Assembly (NCBI GenBank): GCA_013265495.1
Contig: MU057719.1
Coordinates: 186,001-250,000 of the forward strand
Reading direction: 5' to 3'
DNA length: 64,000 bases
Source of the DNA: Vicugna vicugna
Taxonomy: Eukaryota
Position 1 is the stretch's first letter; each line of letters opens with the position of its first letter. The notes below the pieces were generated by a model. The model was not told where the DNA came from, did not search any database, and saw nothing but the letters and a program-made list of their open reading frames with translations. Shown here piece by piece: positions 12,901 through 23,830 of this stretch. The translations under genes were made by a program, and so were the position numbers.

Positions 12901-13111
12901 GGTGGGGAGGGGGAACCAGCCGCCACACCCCCCACGGTGGGGAGGGGGAACCAGCCGCCACACCCCCCACGGTGGGGAGGGGGAATCAGCCGCCACACCC
13001 CCCACGGTGGGGAGGGGGAATCAGCCGCCACTCCCCCCCACGGTGGGGAGGGGGAACCAGCCGCCACACCCCCCACGGTGGGGAGGAGGAATCAGCCGCC
13101 ACACCCCCTAC
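12901..13111. repeat. GC-rich minisatellite, 6 copies of a 35-bp unit
   Basis: Unit GGTGGGGAGGGGGAA(C/T)CAGCCGCCACACCCCCCAC starts at 12901, 12936, 12971, 13006 (36 nt), 13042 and 13077. Confidence 0.97.
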
Positions 13112-13184
13112 GCTCGGGGCCCTGGTGGGCAGCCACAGGGGCTCTGAGCCCAAATAACAGGGCTGCTGGGGGGGGGGGTCAAGA

Positions 13185-13390
13185 GGGAAAGGGCTCCCTG
13201 AGGAAGTGACCCTTTTCTGAGACTGAAGCCTGAGTGGGAATAGTGAGAGCAGCACGTGCAAAGGTCCTGGGGCTGGGCAGGGAGCGTCCAGTGCAGCAGA
13301 ACGTCAGTGGGTGTGGGCCTTTGTGAGCCAATGACAGAACAGAGGGAGGGAGGCCAGGGTGACCTCAGGGCCAGCCTGGGCAAGGTCTCC
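13185..13390 (-). mobile_element. L2 relic
   Basis: GGGCTCCCTGAGGAAGTGACC...AGCACGTGCAAAGGTCCTGGGGCTGGG are typical L2 motifs. Confidence 0.55.
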
Positions 13391-13669
13391 AGAGCCAGCC
13401 ATAGGGCTCCGGCCCCAGCCCTGAACCCACACAGGAGACACAGATGAAGTCTGGACCCAACATTGCCTGCAAACCTGGGGCAGACACAGAACCCCTGAAA
13501 CCGGCTGGACAATGGGCCAGAGATGCAGGTAGCTTGAATGTTAAATGTAGAGTCCTGGGCTTTGAACCGAGCAATCAAAACATCGTCCACCCGACTGGGA
13601 ACCAGCCAGCGGGGCCGTGACCAACGGGGTTCCCCAGAGCAGGGTGGGCGGGGGCGGGAGTGCACTCAC

Positions 13670-13839
13670 CGAGCTGGGGTTCAGCCCCACATTCGCCTCC
13701 ACATACGTCTCGGTCTTGGGCTCCACGGCCAGCTCGGCCTCCAGGATCTTCTCCACCGGCATGTCCTCGTTGGCGCTGCTCGTGGACTCCACCTCGTTCT
13801 CCCCCCGGTCCTTGCCCCGCTGCCGCTCCTCCTGCACGG
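13670..13839 (-). CDS. RXRA: RXRA exon 5 (hinge and LBD helix 1)
   Basis: cag|CCGTG ... TCG|GTGAGT; 170 nt; [57 protein letters not shown]. Confidence 0.98.
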
Positions 13840-16589
13840 CTGGAGCACGGGGAGGCCGCCGGTCAGCCCACAGCTCCTGCCGCAGCCCCTCCGCTGCCAG
13901 GGGCCAAGCAGCGCCCACCCTGAGCCAGCCCGTCCACAATGCCGGCCAGAGCCAGGGAGACTGACGCTGCTCGGAGCTGGCCAGACCACAGCCCGGTCTC
14001 TGCCCCATGCCTGGCCTCCCAGTGGCTGTGGGCCCTGAGCACAGAGCATGCCACTTCTCATTAACTCACTCAACTACTGTTCACACCAAGACCCACCCAG
14101 GACCAGCACAGTTGGGGCCTGGCGCTCGGGGAGCTGACGGTTCAGCAGGAACCCAAACATGCAAGGAGAAGGGCTCTGATAGGCTATAGACTCGGGCAAA
14201 GCCAGGAAGGCTTCCCGGAAGAAGTGGCAATGAAACTGAAGAAGCAGGGAAAACAGGGGTAACAATTCAGGCAGAGGAGGCAGCACACGCAAAGGGCCGG
14301 CACCAGAGCAGAGATGCTGCTGCCCCAAGGCCTCCCATACCAGCTGCAGAGTCACAACAAGGGGTACAAGCATGGGGAGCAGGGCCGGGCACCTGGATGG
14401 GGTCCAGTGTGTCCCAGGAAAGGGACAGGAGGGGACGCAGATCCCTGACAGGCCCCTTCTACTGCAGGGAGGAGAGGCGCCAAACGCAGGCATGAGTCGG
14501 GCCGCCCTGGGCTGGCCTGGCGGGGGCCGGGGCAGGGGACAGGCGCAGCACGGGGGTGGAGGACCGAGCAGATGGTGTGGTCAGCGGGGCGGCCTAGTTT
14601 CTGGGAACCCAAGGAGAGAAGCTGATGGGAAGGGCTCACTTCAACGCTGTCCCCAAGGGGACCACACGGAAGGAAGGTCAAGGGGACCGGGCACCCCACA
14701 GCTGGGCGTTCATAGACCCTCGACTTTGTGGCCTGCGCAGCTCAAGCCGCCCTCTCCCAAGAGGGGCCGGGCTCACTCCATGCCGGCACCCCAGAGCTTC
14801 GGGAACTGAGCGGCACCACACTCATCCTCGGGAGGTGGCACGGGAGGTGGCACAGGAGGTGGCCACGAACCACCATGTGCCCCAACTCCCAGACCACTCC
14901 TGCGGGGATGGACCTCAAGGCCTAGAGCGACACACGTGAGAGCAGGAGGGCCTGCGGCATCCACAGGCCCCGCCCCCCACGCCCGGGACCAGCCAGACCT
15001 GGGATGAGCCCCGCCCCACCCCAGCTTGGGACCAGGCCTCATGGCGGCCACTCCTCCTGCCCCCTGGGGACCGTCCTGCTCCCCAGCCACACTCAGAGCC
15101 ACGGCACCAAGAGGTCCTGGTCAACGGCCCACCCCGGGGGACCTGAGAATAGGATGTTCCGACAGAGGCTGGTGACCGTGTGGGAAGCTCCAGGTCAGCT
15201 AGCGCACAGGGGCTGACTCAGGCCGGCTGACTGCGACAGCTGCAAGCACCCTGGCCTGGAGCCCAGCCTCTGGTCAGCCCTGGAGGTGGGGGCTCAGCAA
15301 AGAGGCCACAGGGCTTTCCAAGGACACCCACCTCCCTCGTCCAGCCCTAGTCCCACCCAGGTCTCCCTCTCCTTATTTCTCACCCATCCCAGAGTTTTGC
15401 CCCCCAAACCAGCCCGAACACCCTCCCCACTGAGCCTCAGCCCGGCACCCCAGCCCTCATTCTCCTGGGGGAGCTTGCTCTCAGCCCCCTCCTCTTTCCC
15501 GGTCCAACATGATAGGCCAAGCTCCCAGAGGCCGGGAGGGTGCGGCCCCCGTGGGGCCCCCCACGTGCCAGCGCCTCTCCAGGCCTCAGATGGGGCTCAC
15601 CCTCCCCTGCAGGACATCTCTGCCGGGCAGAAATGGTTCCGCATCCTCGCTGACATCAGCTGCCACGGGACTGCCCCCGTGCACCTCCAGACCCACCCTG
15701 CCTGCTCCAAAGCCCAGGCTGGGGCTCTCACTCAGGCCGCTCACCCTGGGCAAATGCAGAGGACCAGCCGGAGGAAGGCGGGGCGTCCACAGCTCTGGCC
15801 CCACCCCGCCCAGCCTTGTTCTCAGGACTCCGCAAGCCCCCCATCCCCTTCTTCCAGGCGGGGGGGGGAGGGAGAGGGAGGGCTCCCCGCTGCTGCTGCC
15901 TGGGGATCCTGCAGGCCTGAGTGGTTCTGTAACAATGCACGTAGGTCCCTCTCCACCACGCCATGCCAAGGGCTTCCTGCCGGCCTGCTGACACCCATTC
16001 AGAGAATGCTGGGTCCGTCTCTGCCCCCCTCCAGACTGCGGGGCTCCCTGAGCCCTTCCTGCGTCGACAAGTGGCCATCTGCAGCCACCCCCTGCCAGGG
16101 CTGCACCAACCCAGGACCCAAACACTGACTCAGGTGAGGGGCTTCCCATCCGTGGGGGAGACTCAGACACGGCCCGGCCAGCACCTCAGGTTGCACCAGC
16201 CGGGCCAAAGAGCCAGGCAGGAGGCCTGGAGTTTTTGCAAGCCTGGTGCTTCTGGAAAATCTGACAGCCGGTGGGGCTGGGCGGGGAGCTCAGGCTGGCT
16301 GGCCTGACTCTGGCCGCTCCCCACATGGGGTGCTGGGCTAGAGCAGGCACCTCCTCACAGCACCCTCTGTCACAGGGGACGGGGTCACAGGCCAGCAGAG
16401 CCCACCCTGTGGGAGGCTGGTCTGGGCTGGCATCCAGGGTGACCCTGAGACCTTAGAGGATGGGGTCCCTGGTGTCTGCCCCTGGACAGAATCCTAAACC
16501 CTCAGGAGCTAGGACACAGCTAAGGGGTGCATCTCACCACGTGGGGAGACAGTGCCGGAGGGGTGAGGCTGGGCCCCCAGGAGAGCGGA

Positions 16590-16710
16590 CAGCTGAAAGC
16601 TCCAGGCTCCAGAGTCAGACCCTGCTCTGCCCAACAGCTGTGTGGCTCTGGGTGAGACCCTGGCCTCTCTGTGCCCCAGTTTCCTCAGCTGTAGAATGAG
16701 AACGACACGC
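16590..16710 (+). mobile_element. MIR relic
   Basis: CTCTGCCCAACAGCTGTGTGGCTCTGGGTGAG...CTCTCTGTGCCCCAGTTTCCTCAGCTGTAGAATG. Confidence 0.75.
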
Positions 16711-18105
16711 TGGCCTTCAGGCTGGAGCCACAGGGAGGTGCCCTCGGGATGTCCCCAGCTGTCACATGCCTCCCGCTCCCACGCTCCCCACGACACGGCC
16801 CAGCTACGGGGACTTCCTCCCACTCCACAGACAGCCCGGGGCACGGGGAGTCCCGGACGAGGTGGCCCCATGCATGGAGGCAGCGCCAGGAACGGGGAGA
16901 GGGCGGGGGTTCCCGGCACCTGCCTCCTGCACGGGGGCGGCAAGAATTAATTAGAGTGCTTTGTGAAGCACTTGGAAGCCGTGAAGGCCCACAGCTCTGA
17001 GCAGCGTCTTATAAATATTATGGTTTTATTTATAGACGGCAGAGGGGGCGGGGGAGCCCGGGGATTCATTTTGCCAGCTCAATCACCTTGCAGTAGTCCT
17101 GTTTGACTTACGTCCCGCTGGCGCCAGGAAGCCTCGGGCAGGAGGCGTCTGCGAAGACAGGGCCTCGTTATCCTCCCAGCCCTGAGTGTGGGGCGGAGGG
17201 GACGGCACAGGGAGGGGAGGCTGCCAGGAGCGCAGATGCGGCTGGGCCGGGCCAGGCGCTGGGGATCCCCAGGAAAACCCTCGGGGCTGACCCCACACCG
17301 CAGCCAAGCACATGCCTGGGAGGGGGGCTCAATGCCCAGCATAACCGGGGTCCCCGGCATGTGGAAGAGGGACACCCCGGACCTGCCTGGGGCTGGGCAG
17401 GAAGCCTCGGGGTTGGGGGCACCTGGGGGAGGGAACCCCAGGTCTGCTGCTTCCCCGGTTCAAAGCACTGCCAGCCGGCCGGGCCCTTCCTCCATCCCTT
17501 CCCCCTGCAATCTGCCTGCCCACCCCCCACAGCAGGCAAGAGTGGATTTCACTAGAAGGCTCTGGCCCAGCCGCCTCTCCTTAGGGCCAGAGGGCGGTGC
17601 CTCTGCCCGAGGTCACATGGCCAGTTACATCTCTCAAGCTCGGAGGACGCGTCCCTCTGTCCCCCAGGGGACTCAGTCCAGGACAAGATATCTGCACATG
17701 AGAATGATCACCCTGTGCTCACACTCTCCAACCCCACCACTGGTCCCCCAAGGTGCTGCCACCCGCCAGGTTCCTCCCAGCAAGCCCTTGAAGGGAGCCT
17801 CGCTGACGTGCTGCGCACGGGAGAAGACATGGAGGCTCGGAGAGGCAAAGCCCCATGCCGTGTTGACAGGGAGGCTGGGACCCAGCTGGAGCCCCTTCTC
17901 CACCAGACGTGGGGCTCCACGTGCCTGTGCACACACCCCAGTCCTGCAGAGTCAGAGATGGGGCACGGGAAGCACAGGGAGGCAGGAAGGAAAGGGGAGA
18001 GGCTTCCTGAGGGAGGAAGAAGGGACCAGAGAGGGCCCGAGTCACCCCGGCCGGGGGCCAGGTCACCAGCATCAGACTGGGGAGCCCTGAGTGCAGGGCC
18101 GGCCT

Positions 18106-18448
18106 CCCTCATCAGACCCAGAGCCCCAGGCTCTGCCACCGCACGCTCCAGCAGAGGCCCAGGCTCGGCCAGGGGAAGGCTGGCCTGTGTGGCATTTCCC
18201 ACCTGGGCCCCCCAGTGCCCGGGAATGCTGCGGAACAAGTCCCTGGTGGCTGCTTGTGTGCGAAGGCCCTGGCCGACACGAGATGCTATCAGCAGCGGTA
18301 TCCCTCATTAGCCAGCAGGAGGTGGGGTCCTCGCCGGCCCTCCCTGAGGTCCGCCAGCAGGGGTGCCAGCCGCGGGGCGCTCCCTCCCAGCGCTGCAATG
18401 CGCTGGAGCGTGCAGTGGCAGGGCCTGGCGCTCTGGGTCTGATGAGGG
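18106..18448. repeat. Inverted repeat with 47-bp arms (44/47 identical) and 249-nt spacer
   Basis: 18106-18152 is the reverse complement of 18402-18448 with 3 mismatches. Confidence 0.95.
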
Positions 18449-20537
18449 CTCGGGCCAGCCAGAGGAGCAGACAACTCACATCCTATGTGCTCCCGGACAA
18501 GGCTGAGGTGGTACCCAGGTTCCCCACCTCCCAGGACGGCCACCCTGCCCCAACCCATGCAGCCAACAGCCCCACCACCTCCCGGGGGGCCTCTCTGCAG
18601 GTCAGCCACTGCACCCGGCCCCTCGAGAAGAGGCCTGCCCCCCGACCCCTCAGAGCCACTCGTCCTGGAGACCACTGAGTTCCCTGCACAGCCGGCACCA
18701 AGGCCACACCAGGGCCACTGGTCACTCCTCCCAAGGGCAAGGCCATGGCCTGGGCCTCACAGGCACCTTGCTGCGAGCCACGCCCCAACGAGCGCGGGTA
18801 ACGGGCACTGCCACCCACGCGAGGCCGGAGCGCACCGGCAGAAGGCCCGGGCCTCCTCCTGCGCCCTGGGCTCTCGGGCCTGCACAGAGCCACCCTCCAC
18901 AGCCGGGGGGAGGGTTCTGCGTGGTGCTCCAGCAGGAGGGAGCTCTGCTGGAAGGTCCTCACGGCCTGCTCGTGACTATAAACCCAGCAGGAGGCCGGGG
19001 AAGGCGGGTCCCGATGCGATCAGGCACTTATCTGATGGCCCATAAATCAGGTCTCGAGGGCCGCGCCGCCTCGGGAATGTGCCCAAAGCTGCAGATTTAT
19101 GCACCAGACGGGAGAACGCGGGCGACACAGCTCTGGACCAGACAAACGGGAGCAGCCCGGGCCCCACAGTGCCGGCTCTGAGGCCTCCCCGAGCGCCCCT
19201 CGTCCCCGGGTCTCCATCTGGGACGTGTGGGGACAGCATCGCAGCACCACGGGTGAGTGAGAGTGTGCGTGACGAGGACAGGGTGCCCAAAGAGACCCCG
19301 GACACAGCAGGAGCTCCTAACAGCCGCTGTAACAAGACCCAGTCACCTAGTCACTGGTGAGCACCAGGGGAGGGCCCAGGCCCGGTGACTCCCCAGCCCT
19401 GAGACTGTGGCTCCTTGGGGCCACAGGCAGCTTGAGTCTGCTGACGCCCAGGCTCACAGGTGGACAGGCTGAGGGGGCTTTAAGAAGGAGTCAGCACTTC
19501 CTGGACAGTCTCGAGGACCGGCAGAGGGCACTGCCTGCGGCCCCGCAGGGTGCCACAGCTGCTGACAGTCTCGGCTCCTGCACACACTGCCCCCTCCAGC
19601 CGGGCACATGGTCTGCTGAACACTCTTCAGGTGTCAGCTGGACACCTGCCCACTCGAGCCTTGCCTGGCGCCCATGGCTGGGCCAGGCACCTCCTCTGGG
19701 CTCCCACAGTTCCCTGGGCTTCTCCAAGCCAGCAATGACCACAGCTGGGGGCCGGCCTGTCTGACAGTCACTTTGAATGGACGGAGGGCCACAGCTGGCC
19801 GCTGTGTGCCCAGCGCTCAGCATGGGGCCAGGCACCAGGGGCGGTGAGCCCAGCGAGTGAGTGATCCCAGGCACGAATCCAGGCTCACTGCACAGTGGTG
19901 ACCTCGAGGGGGCCTGGAGCCTCGAGCTGCATGGCAGGGCCCCGCCTCTGGCCAGGCTCCACGCCTGGTGCACACTGATCCCTGCCCACCACGTGCTTGC
20001 CCCGCCCAAGGTTCCCCCCTTCAGGAGCAACGCTGCACTCACCACCTCCAGCGAGCCCACCCTGACTGCATGGGGCGGACAGAGGGACCAGGTCTGGGTA
20101 CATGCCTCCCCCAGCCAGGCCCACGCTTCTTCTGCCCCTCACTGGCCTATAGGAACAAAGTCTACACCGGAAACCAGAAGTTCAGGTTCCAGGCTGGCAC
20201 GTGACTGTGGACAAGCCCTGGACCCTCTAGGCCTGTTTCTCCACCTGCGCAAAGAAGCATGGGCCGAGCTCTCTAAATAAACACGCGCCCAGATCAGAAG
20301 GCCTGATGGGCGGATGCCCATTCGGCCCAGGACCGCCCCTCAGCTCACAGGAGGCTCCCCTCTGTGGGGTCCAGAGACCCACCGCCCCTCGCCGGGGGCT
20401 GCCACCCAGCCCCAGCCCCACCCCCACCAACACTGCACTCCACACGCGCTCACAGCCTCAAGGAGGAAATCCTGCAGGACCGTGTGGCCTTGCTAGAGTT
20501 TCAGTTTCTTGAAAACAAAAATTGATGGGTGCTGAAG

Positions 20538-20540
<3 letters not shown>

Positions 20541-20574
<34 letters not shown>
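20541..20574 (+). repeat. A34 homopolymer (T34 on the RXRA sense strand), intron 4
   Basis: 34 consecutive A seen directly. Confidence 0.97.
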
Positions 20575-20576
<2 letters not shown>

Positions 20577-21682
20577 AAATGGGATGAAATCTGCAGCCCG
20601 GGGACTCCGCCAGGAGACAGTGGGAGAGAGGCAGGCAGACACAAGCCACGTGCGGACCACGGGAGCAGCCACAGTGCAGAATGGACCACACGGATCCTGA
20701 CCCCAGACAGCACCTCCCAACCCCACGAGGCCCCGGGCATGAGACTCAGAGAGATGCGGCCCATCCCAGACCCCAGGGTGGATGCAGACCAAAACCTAGA
20801 GAAGACGCCCAGAACACAGGAGCCATCAAACCTGCAGAGGGGGAGACAGAGACCCCCAGACAGCAAGGGGAGGCGAGGAGCCCCCTCTGGGCTTCCACGC
20901 TGCCTGCCCCCACCCACCCCGAATAAATGTCCTCAATGAAATGGGCCCATAAACCCAAGCCCGAGAGGCCCACGGCCCGTCCCTCTACTGTGAGGACCTG
21001 GGGTCACCAGGCACTCTCACCCAGGCTCACAAGAGCAAGCAGAGCATGGGATGGCCTGGCACCCAACAGGCTTAGGGACATCCTGATGGACGTCCTGATG
21101 GTCTTATTAGAGTTCCCTGCCCTCCCACCCCTGAGTCAGCACTGTCCCCTCCAGGACGTGACCGTCTCCTCACCCAGCAGAGCACCAGGCCCCAGGTGCA
21201 CCCACTCTCCTGGGCTGGCTGCCTCCGGTGACCCCCTACCCCCCACCTCCAACCTCGGCCCTCGATGTGTTTCTGCCTCTCCACCTTCCAGAGCCCACGC
21301 ACCTGGCCCGGGCCCACTACGACCTTGAAGAGGCCTTGACCAATGCCTGTCCCCAGCGGGGCCGGGAGCAGCCCGCAGGCAGGACCAAAGTTGTGTCTCC
21401 TCTAACCCAGAGCCTGGCATACAACAGACACTCAGTAAAGGCACGGTGGGTGAGCCCACAGCCCAGGGGACAGGCTGCCAGCACTGCGGCAGCTGCCTCT
21501 GGAGGGAGTGCGCGCCCCGTCATCAAAGGTTCGCAAACGCGACGGCCACCACTGGAGGTCTGCACAGCTGCCGAGTCTAGGGCTGGACCCTGTGCTCCAG
21601 GAGCCCGGGCCACGCCACGAGGGGGCCTGTGGGAGGCGGCCCCGCCCACTCATCCGCGGCCCGCCTCGCGCCTCCCTCCCAC

Positions 21683-22085
<403 letters not shown>

Positions 22086-22195
22086 TCACCGTCTCCCCGA
22101 AGGCAAAGCGCCAGGCGGCCCGGGGGGCTCCGCGCGCCCCCCGCTGGCCGGCCCCGCCCTGCCCGCGCCCGCCCCGCTGCGCCGTGGCGCCTCAC

Positions 22196-22346
22196 CTGAG
22201 GAGCGGTCCCCGCAGATGGCACAGATGTGCTTGGTGAAGGACGCCATGTTCCCTGAGGGGTGGGCCGGGACTTTGAGGACACCGTTGAGGCCCAGCGGGG
22301 GCTTTATGTCCTCGCTGCTGCTGACGGGGTTCATGGGGGAGCTGAG
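22196..22346 (-). CDS. RXRA: RXRA exon 3 (end of A/B, start of zinc finger 1)
   Basis: cag|CTCAGC ... TCAG|GTGAGG; 151 nt; [51 protein letters not shown]. Confidence 0.98.
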
Positions 22347-22399
22347 CTGAGGAGGGGAAACCGCGGTCAGCCCTGGGGGCCAGAAGGTGCTGCCACACC

Positions 22400-22440
22400 C
22401 CCACTGTACAGAGAGAGAAACTGAGGCTCAGAGAGGGGCC
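22400..22440 (-). mobile_element. MIR core fragment
   Basis: CCCACTGTACAGAGAGAGAAACTGAGGCTCAGAGAGG. Confidence 0.65.
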
Positions 22441-22788
22441 CTGTCCACCCCAGGCCCCACGGACGCGCAGCTGGGTGCTCAGCCTGCGAGCACGGCAGGC
22501 TGGCGGCGGCTGTCCCGCCCTCGGAGCCCCACCCTCCCACAGCAACCGGGCGTGAAAAAGACCTCGAGAGGCCCCTGCTCATACGCGCATCCCTCACCCA
22601 CCTAAGTAAGAACTGCCTGCCGTTACTGGGTGCTCCCCCCACAGGCCAGCGAGAGCTCCGGGACCCCCTGGGGAGGCAGGCGCTTTGGGGACCCCTGGCC
22701 CACAGGTGGGCACCGAGTCTGGTCGCAGTGAGGAGGGAGGAGAGGGTGTCCACCCCAGCAGGGCACACAGCCTCAGCAGGCAGGGTGG

Positions 22789-22801
22789 GGGTCAAAGATC
22801 A
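22789..22801 (+). promoter_or_regulatory. Near-perfect DR1 GGGTCA-A-AGATCA
   Basis: One mismatch to GGGTCAAAGGTCA; intron 2, just before the N gap. Confidence 0.35.
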
Positions 22802-22824
22802 CACGACCCAAGGAGAGAGGGAGG

Positions 22825-22964
22825 NNNNNNNNNNNNNNNNNNNNNNNNNNNNNNNNNNNNNNNNNNNNNNNNNNNNNNNNNNNNNNNNNNNNNNNNNNNN
22901 NNNNNNNNNNNNNNNNNNNNNNNNNNNNNNNNNNNNNNNNNNNNNNNNNNNNNNNNNNNNNNNN
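22825..22964. other. Assembly gap (140 N) in intron 2
   Basis: Run of N seen directly. Confidence 0.99.
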
Positions 22965-23624
22965 GCCATCCTAATGCTGCGCCAGGAGGAAGCGTGGGAA
23001 ACTCACCGGTCACCCTGGCAACAGCGGCCGCGGCTGCAGTGACACAGCGGTTTTGGTTCCGCTGCGCCCACCCCAGCTCTCCCATCAGTGCCAAGGGCCC
23101 GGAGGTGCTTCCCGCTGCGCCCTGCGAGCCAGCCGGTCTACGCTGGGGCCAGGACCCCAGCCAGGCAGCCCCCAGCACCCCCGTTCTGCAAAGCCCTGGC
23201 AAAGGCGGAAGTCGGGCTGTGTGATGTCTGTGGATGGACAGCAGCTGTCGTGCTGGGCCCCCGTGCACAAGGGAGCCTCACCCCCTTCCTTCCCCGCAGC
23301 CCCCAGCTCCCATTCTCCTTTCTCATGGGACAGGAAGAGTTGGGTGCTCAAAGCACACAAAACAAACCATCCCAAAGGCTGTTTCCCACCAGTCTCAGCA
23401 CCTGGCAAGTGCTGGGTTCCTCCTCTGCCCAGGTGGGCCCCGGGGGGTCTATGAGGACGCTTAACCCCACGAGACTTGGGGGCTGCCGAGAGGCCAGCCC
23501 CTGCAGCTCAGGGCTGTCAGGACTCAGGAGGTGGGAGAAAGAGTGTCCAGGGGACCCCACTGCAGAACAGGGCACCCTATGTGTCAGCTGAGAGTACCCC
23601 CGTGCAGCGTCTGCAGGCTTCAGA

Positions 23625-23830
23625 GACATTTCACTAATAAGAGAGCAGACTACGCAGGGCGCTGGCTGTTTGCTAAGTGCTACTGGGCACGGCTGTGCAC
23701 GGGCCTCTTGCCACGTGGGAAGCCCTCAGTGAGCGGGCAAGCTGCACTCCCCTTTCCGGAGTGGACACGGAGGCTCAGGGAGGTCGGGGGACCGGCCGAG
23801 GGCACACAGCCGAGAAGTGGCCGAGCAGGT
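23625..23830 (-). mobile_element. Near full-length, GC-shifted MIR relic
   Basis: Tail-like TGTTTGCTAAGTGCTACTGGGCAC through core CACGGAGGCTCAGGGAGG...AGGGCACACAGC. Confidence 0.6.

Noticed and set aside
12834-13261. Repetitive ORFs (HPPRWGGG...)
   Set aside because: Translations of the minisatellite. It is not a CRISPR array, since it has no unique spacers and the context is eukaryotic.
18203-18227. 25-nt cryptic microexon within the inverted-repeat loop
   Set aside because: The acceptor tract and GTGGGA donor are weak; such matches are common by chance.
20493-20939. Poly-Phe and poly-Lys ORFs
   Set aside because: Simply translations of the A34 tract.
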